Source: a virus (Duplodnaviria; Caudoviricetes). From it: DNA of 64,000 bases. Both the position numbers and the translations under genes were made by a program. The stretch covers positions 2,181 to 66,180 of the IMG/VR virus record IMGVR_UViG_2913409695_000001. One strand, 5' to 3'. This document shows positions 46,494 through 57,020 of this stretch, one piece after another; positions within the stretch are counted from its first letter, which is position 1; each line of letters starts with the position of its first letter. The notes below the pieces were generated by a model. It did no database searches. It worked only from the letters and a program-made list of their open reading frames with translations, and was not told the origin of the DNA.

Positions 46494-47540
46494 ATGCCAG
46501 GAGCTTCATGGGACCCAACCGCGCTTCCAACGCGCCCAGGCATCTACATTAACTTTGTAGAAGCTGCGGCTGCACAAATTCGCGGCGGCGCTCGCGGTAT
46601 TGTCGCTATTCCGCTCTTGACTTACGCAGGTACAGCGGCGACAAAAACGTTCTACACGGTTGAAACGGAAAAGGACGCAACCGATCTATTCGGAGTCGAT
46701 AACGTTGAATCGATTTTACTCGCGCTTCAAGGCGGTGCAAAGCAAGTACTCGTCTACACGATGCCCGCGAATCCATTAACGCAAGATTACGTTGATATGC
46801 GCGCAGCATTCGACGCCTATCCGTTTAACGTTTTCGTATTTGACGGTGAAAGCGATGATACGCAACAAGCCGCAACTAAAACGTGGGTAGCCACAAACCG
46901 CGACGCCGGTAAGAAGTTCATCGTCGTTATCGGCGGTGACGCAACTGATGACGCAGACCCAACATTGGGTAACGCGCGCTCAACGCTAAATAAAGACGAC
47001 TATATCGTTAACTTGATTAACGGGGTAATTGTCGGTGGCAGCACGTATACTTCCGCACAATACGCGCCATTTGTCGCAGGACTTATCGCAGGAACCGCGA
47101 TTAATCGGTCGACGACATACACGGTACTTCCGGTCGATGACGTTACTAAACGGCTGACTAACGCGCAAGTTACCGCGGCACTTGCGGCTGGATCGCTTGT
47201 ATTCGTTAACGATGGCGAGAAAGTTCGATTAGAACAAGGTATCGTCACATCCGGTAAGAAAATCCGTTCGATTCGCGCACGTCAAGCGATCTCGTACGAC
47301 ATTGCGAAGACTGCTGCGGACAATTACATCGGAAAACTCAACAATAATGCGGACGGCCAAGCAACGTTAATGGTCGCGATTAAAGCGTATCTCGAACAGC
47401 TAGAGGTCGATAACGTGTTGACGTCGCCGGTTGTTGCGCTGGATTCGCAAAGACCAAGCGTAGGCGATTCCGTATTCCTTGAAATTAGTTATACGGAAGT
47501 AGACAGCATCGAGCGCGTGTTAATGACAATCAATATCTAA
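46494..47540 (+). CDS. contractile tail sheath protein
   Basis: RPGIYINF...RGIVAIP; C-terminal sheath motifs. Confidence 0.85.
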   Translation: MPGASWDPTALPTRPGIYINFVEAAAAQIRGGARGIVAIPLLTYAGTAATKTFYTVETEKDATDLFGVDNVESILLALQGGAKQVLVYTMPANPLTQDYVDMRAAFDAYPFNVFVFDGESDDTQQAATKTWVATNRDAGKKFIVVIGGDATDDADPTLGNARSTLNKDDYIVNLINGVIVGGSTYTSAQYAPFVAGLIAGTAINRSTTYTVLPVDDVTKRLTNAQVTAALAAGSLVFVNDGEKVRLEQGIVTSGKKIRSIRARQAISYDIAKTAADNYIGKLNNNADGQATLMVAIKAYLEQLEVDNVLTSPVVALDSQRPSVGDSVFLEISYTEVDSIERVLMTINI

Positions 47541-47557
47541 GGACGGTGAGAAAATAG

Positions 47558-48004
47558 ATGGCAGGCCCAATGGACGCGAAAAAGGTAATCAGCGGCAACT
47601 ACGGTTTCGCTTACGATGTCGACGGCAACTGGCTAACAAATGTCACGAAAGTCGAAGCGAACATCGAAATCGGGATGGAAGAAATTAAACTCGCCGGAAC
47701 ACGTTGGCTCGGTAACAAAACAACAACACTAAAAGGCTCCGGTTCACTCGGCGGCTATATGGTCACATCCGAATGGATCGAAAAAATGGCGCAAGTAACC
47801 GACGACATGAGTTCTCCGTTCGTAACGGAACTTGTCGTGAAACTTGACGATCCGGAATCATTCGGCGCGTATCGCGTTCGGTTGAAGAACGTTACGTTCG
47901 ATAACATCCCAGTCGTCAATTATGAAGTAGGCTCTATCGTAGAAAATGAGTTCACTTTTGTATTTTCAGGATACGAAATTCTTGACGCAATTAGACCGCA
48001 ATAA
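47558..48004 (+). CDS. tail tube protein (XkdM-like)
   Basis: VISGNYG; VKLDDPESFGA.RV.L..V.FD. Confidence 0.85.
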   Translation: MAGPMDAKKVISGNYGFAYDVDGNWLTNVTKVEANIEIGMEEIKLAGTRWLGNKTTTLKGSGSLGGYMVTSEWIEKMAQVTDDMSSPFVTELVVKLDDPESFGAYRVRLKNVTFDNIPVVNYEVGSIVENEFTFVFSGYEILDAIRPQ

Positions 48005-48060
48005 TAGCGAGCTTCGGCTCGCTTTTTTAATTATCGAAAACAATCGGAGGTTAATTATAC

Positions 48061-48456
48061 ATGTCTAAAAATGCAGGTAAAGGTTTAGAGGCATTACTCG
48101 GCGCGACACTCGAACTTGAATCGCAAGTGTATATCTCGCGTTTGAAAACGAGTTTCACGGTTAGAGCGCTGACTAACGAAGAACTCCGCAGAGTTGGTGA
48201 ACGCGCAACATTACCTAACGCAAAAGGCGAGAAGAAAACAGATGAGCAAATGTTTAACGCGCTTCTTATCGCGAAGGGCTGCGTTGATCCTAATTTCTCG
48301 GATAAAGCGTTGATTCAACATTACGGCGCGTCCGACGAAGCTGACTGCGTAACTAAAGCGCTTCTGCCCGGCGAGATTGCGAAAGTGTTACAAGCGGTTC
48401 TCGATTTATCCGGATTTGGGAACGAAGACGAACTCATCGAAGAAGCAAAAAACTAA
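48061..48456 (+). CDS. tail assembly chaperone (XkdN-like)
   Basis: LLPGEI...VLDLSGF; ends EAKN* on a slippery site. Confidence 0.85.
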   Translation: MSKNAGKGLEALLGATLELESQVYISRLKTSFTVRALTNEELRRVGERATLPNAKGEKKTDEQMFNALLIAKGCVDPNFSDKALIQHYGASDEADCVTKALLPGEIAKVLQAVLDLSGFGNEDELIEEAKN

Positions 48457-48659
48457 TAAAGGCGGGAGGGATTCCGGCACTTTTGCACGCGATATTCCAA
48501 CGACATCATATACCGCCTGACGAAGTTTACGCGAAAGAAAAGCGACACCAAATGTTTATGTTTGCCTCGATGCTCTTAGTTTTCGAGGAAGAAGAAAAGG
48601 AACAAAAAGAAGCGGAACGTCGCGAGAGAGCGCGAAGGGTTAGCGCAGGAAGGAGGTAA
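48447..48659 (+). other. programmed -1 frameshift site and chaperone extension
   Basis: A AAA AAC before the stop; -1 frame open KLIKAGG...HHIPPDEVY...FASM to 48659. Confidence 0.75.
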
Positions 48660-48662
48660 GTG

Positions 48663-50777
48663 ATGTCCTATGAGTTAGTAGGAAAAATTAAGCTAACAGA
48701 CAACGGCGCTTCATCCACGCTAAAAAAGATAGATCAACAAATGAAACAGTTATCGCGCTCAACTGAGACTACGAAAAAAGCTGTGCAGACATATGTAGCT
48801 GCTAACGGGCGCGCGCGAGATGAGTTCGGAAAATTTGTAAAAGGCGCTAACAGTTCAAAAAAAGCTCTTGATGGGTTAGATACAAGCGCAAAGAAAACAT
48901 TGAAGACGCTCTCTAATTTTGCGAAAAAAACAGCTATGGGTGCTTTGGGTGTTGGGGCAGTCGCAACAGGAGCGGCGGCGGTTGCCGGATACAGCTCGCT
49001 TAAAAAGGCGATGAACTTCGAATCGCAAATGTCGTCCATTCAAGCGCTCACTGGCGCAACAGACGCGCAAATGAAGCAGATGCAGACTCTCGCGCTCCAG
49101 CAAGGCGCTGCCACGAAATATTCCGCTCTAGAAGCCGCGCAAGGTATCGAAGAATTGTTAAAAGCCGGATTAACGCCCGCAACCGTTCAAGCTGGCGGAC
49201 TTAACGCGGCACTAAACCTCGCAACCTCTGGCGGACTAGATCTCGCAAGTGCTGCGGAAATTATGTCGACCGCGCTTAACGCGTTTAAATCGGATGGAAT
49301 GAGCGCAGCGCAAGCGTCGAATATTCTCGCAGGAACGGCGAACGCATCCGCAACAAGCGTGGAGGAATTACGCATGTCACTCGCGGCGGTGTCGTCCGTT
49401 GCGGCAGGACTCGGGTTAACGTTCGAAGATACGAATACTGCGCTTGGCTTATTCGCAAATAACGGACTGAAAGGTTCCGACGCCGGTACGTCACTAAAGA
49501 CGATGTTGCAGAACCTCCAACCGCAAACCAAGACTCAAATTTCGTTGTTTAAAGCGCTCGGATTAATGACCAAGAACGGATCGAACGCATTTTATGACGC
49601 GCATGGAAATATTAAATCACTCGAAGATGTCTCCGGACTACTGCGCAAATCGTTATCGAAACTGACGAATCAGCAACGGTCGCTTGCGCTTGAAACGATG
49701 TTCGGTACTGACGCGATTCGTGCCGGTAACATCCTTTACAAGGAGGGCGCTAAGGGCGTTAAAAACTTCCAGAAGGAAATGAAGAAAGTTACGGCTTTAG
49801 ACGTAGCACGTAAGAAAATGGATAACGCGTCGGGGGCGGTTGAGCAGTTTAAGGGCGCACTCGAAACTCTGCAAATTGCCGGTATGATGCCTACACTACC
49901 GCTCGTAAAGAGATTCGCTAATGCGGCGGCGGATTTTGTAACAAAGTACACACCAAGAATTACAGCGAGTATACAGCGGATGGTCGATAAAGCAAAGGGT
50001 TATCTGAACACACACTTCTTAAAGAATCCCGCTTTTCAAAACCTACCTGATCTTAAAAGCAAAGTTAATTTCGTTATAGGAGAAATCGGACCAGCGTTGT
50101 CAGCATGGCTTAACTCATCTGGAACACAGCAAATTGCATCGTTCGGAACGAAACTCGCAACAAGTCTAGCTGTATCGATGGGCAAGTCAATGGCAACAAG
50201 TGTTTTAAATGACCCATTACTTGCAACAACGCTCGGCGTCGCGGCGTTACTTGTTAATCCAACGCCGATCGGCTTAACTGTTGCATTAAGTATCGCAGCA
50301 CCTGCGTGGTTTAAGAAAATTATTTCTGATAATTCCCCAGTTCTTCAAGCCAAGGCCAAGATTGAACGGCAATACAACAGCACACAAGACTTAACGAGTA
50401 AAGTCGCGACTAATGCCAAAAAGAATCCTAATCAGCCGCTCGTCAAAGGTGGATATATCTCGGCTCCGGATAAAAAGCCGTGGTACGAAAACGCATGGGG
50501 CAGCGTTACTGACGCATACGGCGGACTTAAAAACTTCGTAACATCCGGTAGGGGTTACGCAGGCGGACTCGATCGCGTTCCGTATAACCGGTTTCCGGCG
50601 TATCTGCATAAGGATGAAGCGGTATTGACACGGTCAGAGGCGAACGATTACCGCAACGGTAACGGTAGCAGCACGAAAGGCGGCAACGTAATCATCACGG
50701 GGAACACGTTCCACGTACGGAATGACTCGGATATCGAACGTATTGCGAAACAACTCGCGTACCATCTTGCGAAATAG
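48663..50777 (+). CDS. tail tape measure protein (TP901-family core)
   Basis: FESQMS...ATKYSALEAAQG.EEL.KAG; GSDAGTSLKTML. Confidence 0.9.
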   Translation: MSYELVGKIKLTDNGASSTLKKIDQQMKQLSRSTETTKKAVQTYVAANGRARDEFGKFVKGANSSKKALDGLDTSAKKTLKTLSNFAKKTAMGALGVGAVATGAAAVAGYSSLKKAMNFESQMSSIQALTGATDAQMKQMQTLALQQGAATKYSALEAAQGIEELLKAGLTPATVQAGGLNAALNLATSGGLDLASAAEIMSTALNAFKSDGMSAAQASNILAGTANASATSVEELRMSLAAVSSVAAGLGLTFEDTNTALGLFANNGLKGSDAGTSLKTMLQNLQPQTKTQISLFKALGLMTKNGSNAFYDAHGNIKSLEDVSGLLRKSLSKLTNQQRSLALETMFGTDAIRAGNILYKEGAKGVKNFQKEMKKVTALDVARKKMDNASGAVEQFKGALETLQIAGMMPTLPLVKRFANAAADFVTKYTPRITASIQRMVDKAKGYLNTHFLKNPAFQNLPDLKSKVNFVIGEIGPALSAWLNSSGTQQIASFGTKLATSLAVSMGKSMATSVLNDPLLATTLGVAALLVNPTPIGLTVALSIAAPAWFKKIISDNSPVLQAKAKIERQYNSTQDLTSKVATNAKKNPNQPLVKGGYISAPDKKPWYENAWGSVTDAYGGLKNFVTSGRGYAGGLDRVPYNRFPAYLHKDEAVLTRSEANDYRNGNGSSTKGGNVIITGNTFHVRNDSDIERIAKQLAYHLAK

Positions 50778-50788
50778 GAGGCGGGTAA

Positions 50789-51466
50789 ATGGCGCGGCAG
50801 AAACCGCAGTTTTGGTTAAAGTATAATAACGGAGCGGAAGCGTTATGGTTGCCGGTTAATCCGGAGTCCATTACCGTTACGTCCACGCATGGATACGAAG
50901 ACATCGAAGTTTCTAATCTCGGCGAGTACACCGTTATCGGTAATAATCGTCAGAAGGAATTTTCGTTGTCTTCTTTTTTTCCACGCGACTATAACGCCTC
51001 CTATTGCGAGTATACGAACTTAAAAGATCCGTGGGAGTGCGCAAAGTTAATCGAAGGTTGGCAGAAATCCGGCAAGCCGATCCGCTATATCGTAACGGGT
51101 ACGCCGATTAACATTCCGGTAACTATCCGCTCATTTGAATACGAAGAGCGAGGCGGTGAGCCCGGGGATATTTACTATACGCTCAGTTTAAAAGAGTACA
51201 CGTTCATTGATATCGCGAAAAAAGGAACGCCAGTGAGCGGAAATAGTGGCGCAGTTATGCCGAAGCTCACTACGTCAGCACCGCGTCCAAATACGCATAG
51301 TGTTCCGTCATCTTATACGGTTAAATCCGGCGACTCGCTCTTTAAGATTGCCGCGAAAGTTTACGGTAATGGTAACGACTGGCGGAAGATTTACGATAAG
51401 AATAAAGCGGTAATCGGTCCGAATCCGAACGTCATCAAGGCGGGGCAGAAGTTGGTGATCCCGTAA
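50789..51466 (+). CDS. LysM-domain tail tube initiator (XkdP-like)
   Basis: LPVNPE; YTVKSGDSLFKIA...NPNVIKAGQKL. Confidence 0.85.
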   Translation: MARQKPQFWLKYNNGAEALWLPVNPESITVTSTHGYEDIEVSNLGEYTVIGNNRQKEFSLSSFFPRDYNASYCEYTNLKDPWECAKLIEGWQKSGKPIRYIVTGTPINIPVTIRSFEYEERGGEPGDIYYTLSLKEYTFIDIAKKGTPVSGNSGAVMPKLTTSAPRPNTHSVPSSYTVKSGDSLFKIAAKVYGNGNDWRKIYDKNKAVIGPNPNVIKAGQKLVIP

Positions 51467-52575
51467 TGGCCGTTACAATTTCGTTACTATACGACGGAAA
51501 ATATTACGTTGACCCACTCATTGAACGCGTCGAATGGTCCGGAGATGTTGCGCAGCCATACCGCACACTAACGGTTACGATGTCGAACACGTACAACGGT
51601 GACGAGCCGGCGATTGCGTTCGAACTCGGCAAGGAACTCCGCTTTAGCGTCGATAGTGTCGGACTATTTCGCGGAGTTATATTTTCGTATGATATCGCAC
51701 AAGACGGTAACGCAACGATTATCGCGTATGACGAAAACGTTTATCTAACGAAGAACGAAGATACGCGCAAGTTTGTCGGAATGACCGCGTCATCTATCGT
51801 TAAGGAAATCGCAAAAGCGTTCGAAATTCCGTTAGGCAACATCGCAAATAGCGGATACGTCATTCCGAAAATGATTCTGCGTAATATGACGCTGTGGGAT
51901 ATGATCGTTACCGCGCTAACCGAAACGCGCAAACAAACGGGACGCAAATTCTACGTATACTCTCGCGAAGGAAAGCTGTACATGCGCGAAAAGAAAGACG
52001 AAATCGTGCGATGGATGATCGAAGACGGCGTAAATATTCTTACCGCAAGTCGTTCGCGCTCAATCGATGATATGCGGACGTCCGTAAAAGTTATCGGCGG
52101 AGATGACGAGAATAATCCGATTACTGCGCTCGCAAAAGATACGGCGCTCGCGAATAAGTACGGACTGATGCAGCACTTAGAGCAAGCGGACTTGCAACTC
52201 AATAAATCGCAAATCGACCAACTCGCGAAGCAGCGGTTAAAGGAACTCGGAAAAATAACGGAAGACGTATCGATTGAAGCGCTCGGCATTACGGATGTCG
52301 TCGCAGGAGCAGCGGTTTACGCATTCGAGAGTATGACGGACTTGGTGGGCGGATTTTACGTTAACGCGGATAGACATTCGTTTCAAAACGGCGTTCATCG
52401 TATGGAAATAACGCTGTCTAAAACGGATGATTTACCGAAGATTGAGTACGAGGATGATACCGTCAAAGCGGCCGCTAAGAAAGCTAAGAAAAAAGCCAAG
52501 AAGAAAGCAAGTGGCGCGGCATCTAGCAATAATCCAGTTAATCAACTTATTCAGCAGATTGAAGGAGGGAAGTAA
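51466..52575 (+). CDS. baseplate hub (XkdQ-like)
   Basis: WSGD; AYDEN.YL.KN; YGLMQ. Confidence 0.8.
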   Translation: MAVTISLLYDGKYYVDPLIERVEWSGDVAQPYRTLTVTMSNTYNGDEPAIAFELGKELRFSVDSVGLFRGVIFSYDIAQDGNATIIAYDENVYLTKNEDTRKFVGMTASSIVKEIAKAFEIPLGNIANSGYVIPKMILRNMTLWDMIVTALTETRKQTGRKFYVYSREGKLYMREKKDEIVRWMIEDGVNILTASRSRSIDDMRTSVKVIGGDDENNPITALAKDTALANKYGLMQHLEQADLQLNKSQIDQLAKQRLKELGKITEDVSIEALGITDVVAGAAVYAFESMTDLVGGFYVNADRHSFQNGVHRMEITLSKTDDLPKIEYEDDTVKAAAKKAKKKAKKKASGAASSNNPVNQLIQQIEGGK

Positions 52576-52913
52576 TGGCGCATCAACTTATCGAAGGAAA
52601 CGGATTCAGTCAACTAAAGGACATAGTTAAAAAAGTCGGATACAACAAAGACGTCGATATCGAATTTGCGACGGTTACTTCTCCTCCGCCTTCTCTGCGG
52701 ATTCAAATTGATAACATGAAATTCGAACTCGACGCGGACGATTTCGTCGTATGCGAATCGCTCACGAAACATACACGCAAAGCGTCGATAAGCGGAGGCG
52801 CAACGGTAGACATCGAATTTGAGGACGTACTTACCGCAGGCGACCGCATAGTCGTTGCTTCGATAAATAACGGTCAGCGATACGTAATTATTGACCGGAT
52901 AGGAGGCGCGTAA
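52575..52913 (+). CDS. baseplate protein (DUF2577/XkdR-like)
   Basis: TVTSPPP.L.I; L.AGDRIVV...GQRYVIIDR. Confidence 0.75.
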   Translation: MAHQLIEGNGFSQLKDIVKKVGYNKDVDIEFATVTSPPPSLRIQIDNMKFELDADDFVVCESLTKHTRKASISGGATVDIEFEDVLTAGDRIVVASINNGQRYVIIDRIGGA

Positions 52914-52914
52914 T

Positions 52915-53316
52915 ATGGCGTTAAGTCCGCTCACTCCCGTTGATGATACCGCGACTACCGCAGTTTCACCGCTTAAAACGTACGCGCTCGACATTGATAA
53001 CGGGGTACTCGGCGGGTACGTTGACGGTAAGGATGCGATTAAGCAATTCGCGTATAAAGCGATAAAAACAGCGCGATTTCGGTTCGCGATATATGACGAT
53101 GATTACGGCTGCGAACTCGACGACATCATCGGTCAAGACGTATCGACCGAGTTACTGGAAACGGAGATACCGCGAGTGATTAAAGAAGCGCTAATATATA
53201 ACGAACTCATTGATGACGTTCGAGATTTTATATTGACACGCGATGGCGACCGCCTATACGTGTCTTTTTTTATTGACGTTAACGACGATTCGATACCGAT
53301 GGAGGTGACGATTTAA
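52915..53316 (+). CDS. baseplate wedge (DUF2634/XkdS-like)
   Basis: KAIKTARF..AIY..DYG.EL. Confidence 0.8.
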   Translation: MALSPLTPVDDTATTAVSPLKTYALDIDNGVLGGYVDGKDAIKQFAYKAIKTARFRFAIYDDDYGCELDDIIGQDVSTELLETEIPRVIKEALIYNELIDDVRDFILTRDGDRLYVSFFIDVNDDSIPMEVTI

Positions 53317-54395
53317 TGGCATATGAAGATCAAACGGCCACCGCGATATTACAGCGGATGCTCGACGCGTCACCTGCCGACATCGACAAACGCCAAGGCA
53401 CGCCGACTTACGATTTGCTTTCGCCGGCGGCTATCGAATTTATGCGCGCTTACGTCGAACTCGATAACGTCCTCAACTTCGGATTTGCCGATACAACATA
53501 CGGTGATTACTTAGAGAGACGCGCGGCAGAGTACGGACTAACACGTAAGCCTGCGGTTAAGGCTACCGGAATCTTAACGTTTACCGGACCGGACGGAACG
53601 TTAATTCCCGCGGAAACACTTGCATCGACCGGTGGGGATGCGCCTGTATATTTCGTAACGAATGCGGATGTAACGATAAGCGGAGGAAGCGTATCGGTCG
53701 CGGCAACAGCGCAAGATGCGGGTGCTAACGGTAATGTCGGAATCGGCGCGATTAATACGTTACTCGGCGATTTAGTCGGCATTGTAACGGTAACGAACAC
53801 GGTTAATTTTGAGGGTGGCGTAGATCAAGAATCGGACGCGGCGTTATTAGCGCGTTATCTTGAACGTGCGCAACGTCCGGCAACTAGCGGAAACGCGAAT
53901 CAATATCGTCAATGGGCGCTTGAAATATCCGGTGTATCCGATGCGAAAGTATATCCGATATGGAACGGAAACGGAACGGTAAAAGTCGTATTGCTCGACG
54001 ATAACAAAACTGCGCCTGACGCTTCGGTTGTTACCGCAGTCCAAACGTATATTGACCCGACGATGGACGGAACGGGTCGCGGGATTGCTCCGGTCGGCGC
54101 GACTGTAACGGTAGTTGGCGCGGTAGAGGTTCCGATTGACGTAAGTGTCGACGTTGACCTCGCACCAGGCGCAACGCTTGCGGACGTACAAGCGCAGTTC
54201 ACCGACGGGATTAACGCGTATCTTAAAACGCTCGCATTCGCCGATCCGCTCGTTCGGATTACGCGCATCGCAAACGTATTGCTCGACATTCCGCCGGTTG
54301 TTGACTATCGCAATTTAACGGTAAACGGAGGAACGGCGAATATCGTTATCGCTGACGGTTCGGTTGCGGTATTAGGGACGGTGACGGTTACGTAA
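53316..54395 (+). CDS. baseplate J-like protein (XkdT-like)
   Basis: DKRQG; GGVDQESD..L..R; SGNANQY..WA. Confidence 0.9.
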   Translation: MAYEDQTATAILQRMLDASPADIDKRQGTPTYDLLSPAAIEFMRAYVELDNVLNFGFADTTYGDYLERRAAEYGLTRKPAVKATGILTFTGPDGTLIPAETLASTGGDAPVYFVTNADVTISGGSVSVAATAQDAGANGNVGIGAINTLLGDLVGIVTVTNTVNFEGGVDQESDAALLARYLERAQRPATSGNANQYRQWALEISGVSDAKVYPIWNGNGTVKVVLLDDNKTAPDASVVTAVQTYIDPTMDGTGRGIAPVGATVTVVGAVEVPIDVSVDVDLAPGATLADVQAQFTDGINAYLKTLAFADPLVRITRIANVLLDIPPVVDYRNLTVNGGTANIVIADGSVAVLGTVTVT

Positions 54396-54952
54396 TGACG
54401 ACGATTAATTTACACGATTATGTTCCGCGCTATTACGAGGAGGTGCGCGTAGCCGTCAACGTCCTCGACCGTGAGGCTGACGAACTAGCGCAATTAAACG
54501 CGGACATTTACGATGTGCTTGCGCAATTCTTTATCGAGACAGCGACGTGGGGGCTTGACCGGTGGGAGCGCATATTCGGAATAGCGACGGATAGTACGAA
54601 GTCTTACGCGCAAAGACGCGAGGTTTTATTGGGTAAATTGCGCGGAGTCGGGACGGTAACTGGCGATCTGATCGATAACGTTGCGTCGGCATATGCGAAT
54701 GGGAACGTTGACGTAACGGCGAATCCCGCAAATTACGAAATCATTATAACGTTCGTGGACGCGTACGGAGTTCCCGCGCAAATTAACGAGCTTAAAGCGG
54801 CTGTGCGCGATATTACTCCGGCTCACATGGCGATTACATACGTGTTCCGTTTCTATTCGTACGACGAGTTAAAGGCGAGCGGAAAGACGTACGCGCAGAT
54901 TGCCGCGACGGGATTAACGTACAATGACGTTTACAATAGGGGGTTAGCGTAA
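54395..54952 (+). CDS. baseplate protein (DUF2313/XkdU-like)
   Basis: FIETATWGLDRWE; PAHM. Confidence 0.85.
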   Translation: MTTINLHDYVPRYYEEVRVAVNVLDREADELAQLNADIYDVLAQFFIETATWGLDRWERIFGIATDSTKSYAQRREVLLGKLRGVGTVTGDLIDNVASAYANGNVDVTANPANYEIIITFVDAYGVPAQINELKAAVRDITPAHMAITYVFRFYSYDELKASGKTYAQIAATGLTYNDVYNRGLA

Positions 54953-54955
54953 TAA

Positions 54956-56008
54956 ATGGCGAATACAACGAATCTTAATCTTCCGTTAATCGACGGAACG
55001 ATGACCGCGGACGTTCCGCGTGACATTAATGCGCTCGCGAACGCGGTTGATGAAAAGGCAGGCGCGGCGAACGGACTCGCAACGTTAGGAGCTGACGGGA
55101 AGGTTCCTGCGGGACAATTAAACGTACAGCCGCCGGCTGATGCGTCGCTAACGCAGAAGGGCATTGTGAAACTAAACAGCGCAACAAATAGCACAGACGA
55201 AACGACAGCAGCTACACCAAAAGCGGTTAAAACTGCGTATGACCTAGCGTCAGCAGCGGAAACACCGGCCGGCGCGCAGACGAAAGCCGATACCGCGCTA
55301 AACTCAGCGAAATCTTACGTTGACGCGAAGCCGTGGCAGAAAGCAAAATTGACGAATGACGACGGGACTACAATGTATTTATCAAATGTTGATGTAAATA
55401 CACTCGTAACCGCCGGAAGATACCTAGTTGATACTCCAATTAACGGCCCAAGTGTTCCGTCAGGCGGCGGAAATATATGGTATGTAAACGTAAATCCTAG
55501 CCTTAATCCATTATTTGTGACACAAGAGTTCGTTAACTATTACGTAAACTCTTATATTCAGCGGAAAAAAAATAATGGTATATGGTCTGCATGGAGCGCA
55601 GACCTTTTTCAATCTGTCGTTGACGGCAAGAATAGCGTAGAAAACGCTATCGAGGCAAAGGGCGGTACTGTCAGCGACGTTAATAACCCGCCAACTTTTC
55701 AAGATTTGATCGACGGTGTGAATAGTATCCCGATGGGCAAGGCGTTTGCTACGGGTACGACGACTACGGACGCTAGCGGTAACTTAACCATATCAGGACT
55801 AAGTTTTACACCGAGATTGCTAGTCTATAATAACGGTAACAATACCTACCGAGGATTTTATAGTAATATGCCGACTGAATTAGGAGTTGCTGGCGGTATG
55901 CAAGGTGGAGGCAGCGTTAATTATAACGCAGGTTCATTTACATCAGGCGGAGGTACATTTCAAGGGCTTCCAGCCTCAACAACTCTGAAATGGATAGCTA
56001 TCGCATAG
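54956..56008 (+). CDS. tail fibre protein
   Basis: TTNLNLP; ASLTQKGIVKLNSATNSTDET.AATPKAVK repeat; knob-like domain. Confidence 0.85.
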   Translation: MANTTNLNLPLIDGTMTADVPRDINALANAVDEKAGAANGLATLGADGKVPAGQLNVQPPADASLTQKGIVKLNSATNSTDETTAATPKAVKTAYDLASAAETPAGAQTKADTALNSAKSYVDAKPWQKAKLTNDDGTTMYLSNVDVNTLVTAGRYLVDTPINGPSVPSGGGNIWYVNVNPSLNPLFVTQEFVNYYVNSYIQRKKNNGIWSAWSADLFQSVVDGKNSVENAIEAKGGTVSDVNNPPTFQDLIDGVNSIPMGKAFATGTTTTDASGNLTISGLSFTPRLLVYNNGNNTYRGFYSNMPTELGVAGGMQGGGSVNYNAGSFTSGGGTFQGLPASTTLKWIAIA

Positions 56009-56022
56009 AAAGGAGCAACAAA

Positions 56023-56394
56023 ATGGAAATAGGAAGAAAAATATATTTTGATAAAGCTAGCGGAAATATTCTCGTTGACACCGGAGAGCGTTCCGGTGCA
56101 GTCGTCGAAACAACGCAAGAAGAAGATTTCGCGGTATATACAGCGTTAAGCGAACGCAATCCCGCTACGGTCGGAGTTATCGAACTCGCTTACGGAGATT
56201 ATGCGCAAGACTTCGCGGGGTGTAGCGGATACCGTGTTAATACGTCTACACTTGCGTTAGAGTTTTCGTATCCCGACCCGAGCGCACCGCAAACGCCTAC
56301 TGCGTATCAGCCTCCGCTGACGGAACAAGTTTCCGATTTACAGCAAACCGTTATCGCAATGCAGGACGCCGTTAATATGGTATTGGGGGTATAA
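56023..56394 (+). CDS. tail fibre-associated protein
   Basis: MEIGRKIYFDK..GNI...GER.G; coiled-coil end. Confidence 0.65.
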   Translation: MEIGRKIYFDKASGNILVDTGERSGAVVETTQEEDFAVYTALSERNPATVGVIELAYGDYAQDFAGCSGYRVNTSTLALEFSYPDPSAPQTPTAYQPPLTEQVSDLQQTVIAMQDAVNMVLGV

Positions 56395-56397
56395 AAT

Positions 56398-56538
56398 ATG
56401 AGCCGATTATACAATTATTTTTTGTCATACTGGAAGTACAATACCGCCGACACGGAAACAAAGCGAACAACGTTACAAAATGCCGTAACTAAGGGTTACA
56501 TCACGCAAACAGAAGCAGATGAAATAATGGCAAGTTAA
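56398..56538 (+). CDS. XkdX-like small protein
   Basis: NAVTKGYITQTEADEI. Confidence 0.65.
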   Translation: MSRLYNYFLSYWKYNTADTETKRTTLQNAVTKGYITQTEADEIMAS

Positions 56539-56616
56539 TCTACTCTTGGACTAGGCGTATTTTTATGCCCTCGAATCATCGGGGGCTATTTTTATTTAAA
56601 GGGGGAACAACGCATC

Positions 56617-57018
56617 ATGGAACGACTTGATATCGTAATAAAAAGCGCAGTCGCTTTCGGTGGCTCGTTGGTAACGTACTTAACCGGAGGGTGGTCGGAA
56701 TCATTGTCGTTTTTACTATTTGTTATCGCGGTCGACGTCATATCGGGTGTATCGGCATCCGTTAAGGAAGGAAAAGGATTATCGAGCGCGGTAGGTTCGG
56801 CTGGACTCGCGAAGAAAGGACTTATGCTTCTCGTTATTTTACTCGCACACCGCATGGACGTTCTGCTCGGAACTGACATCGCAATGAGCGGCGCAGTCTA
56901 CTTTTATATCGCGAACGAACTTATCTCTATCGTAGAAAACTACGGAAGGATCGGATTGCCTTTGCCGGAAAAGATGCGCGACATTATCGCGGTACTTAAA
57001 AATAAAGGCGGTGAGTAA
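56617..57018 (+). CDS. holin (phage holin family 4-like)
   Basis: D.ISG; SS..G..GLAKK; YIANE.ISI.EN..R.GLP.P. Confidence 0.9.
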   Translation: MERLDIVIKSAVAFGGSLVTYLTGGWSESLSFLLFVIAVDVISGVSASVKEGKGLSSAVGSAGLAKKGLMLLVILLAHRMDVLLGTDIAMSGAVYFYIANELISIVENYGRIGLPLPEKMRDIIAVLKNKGGE

Positions 57019-57020
57019 CG

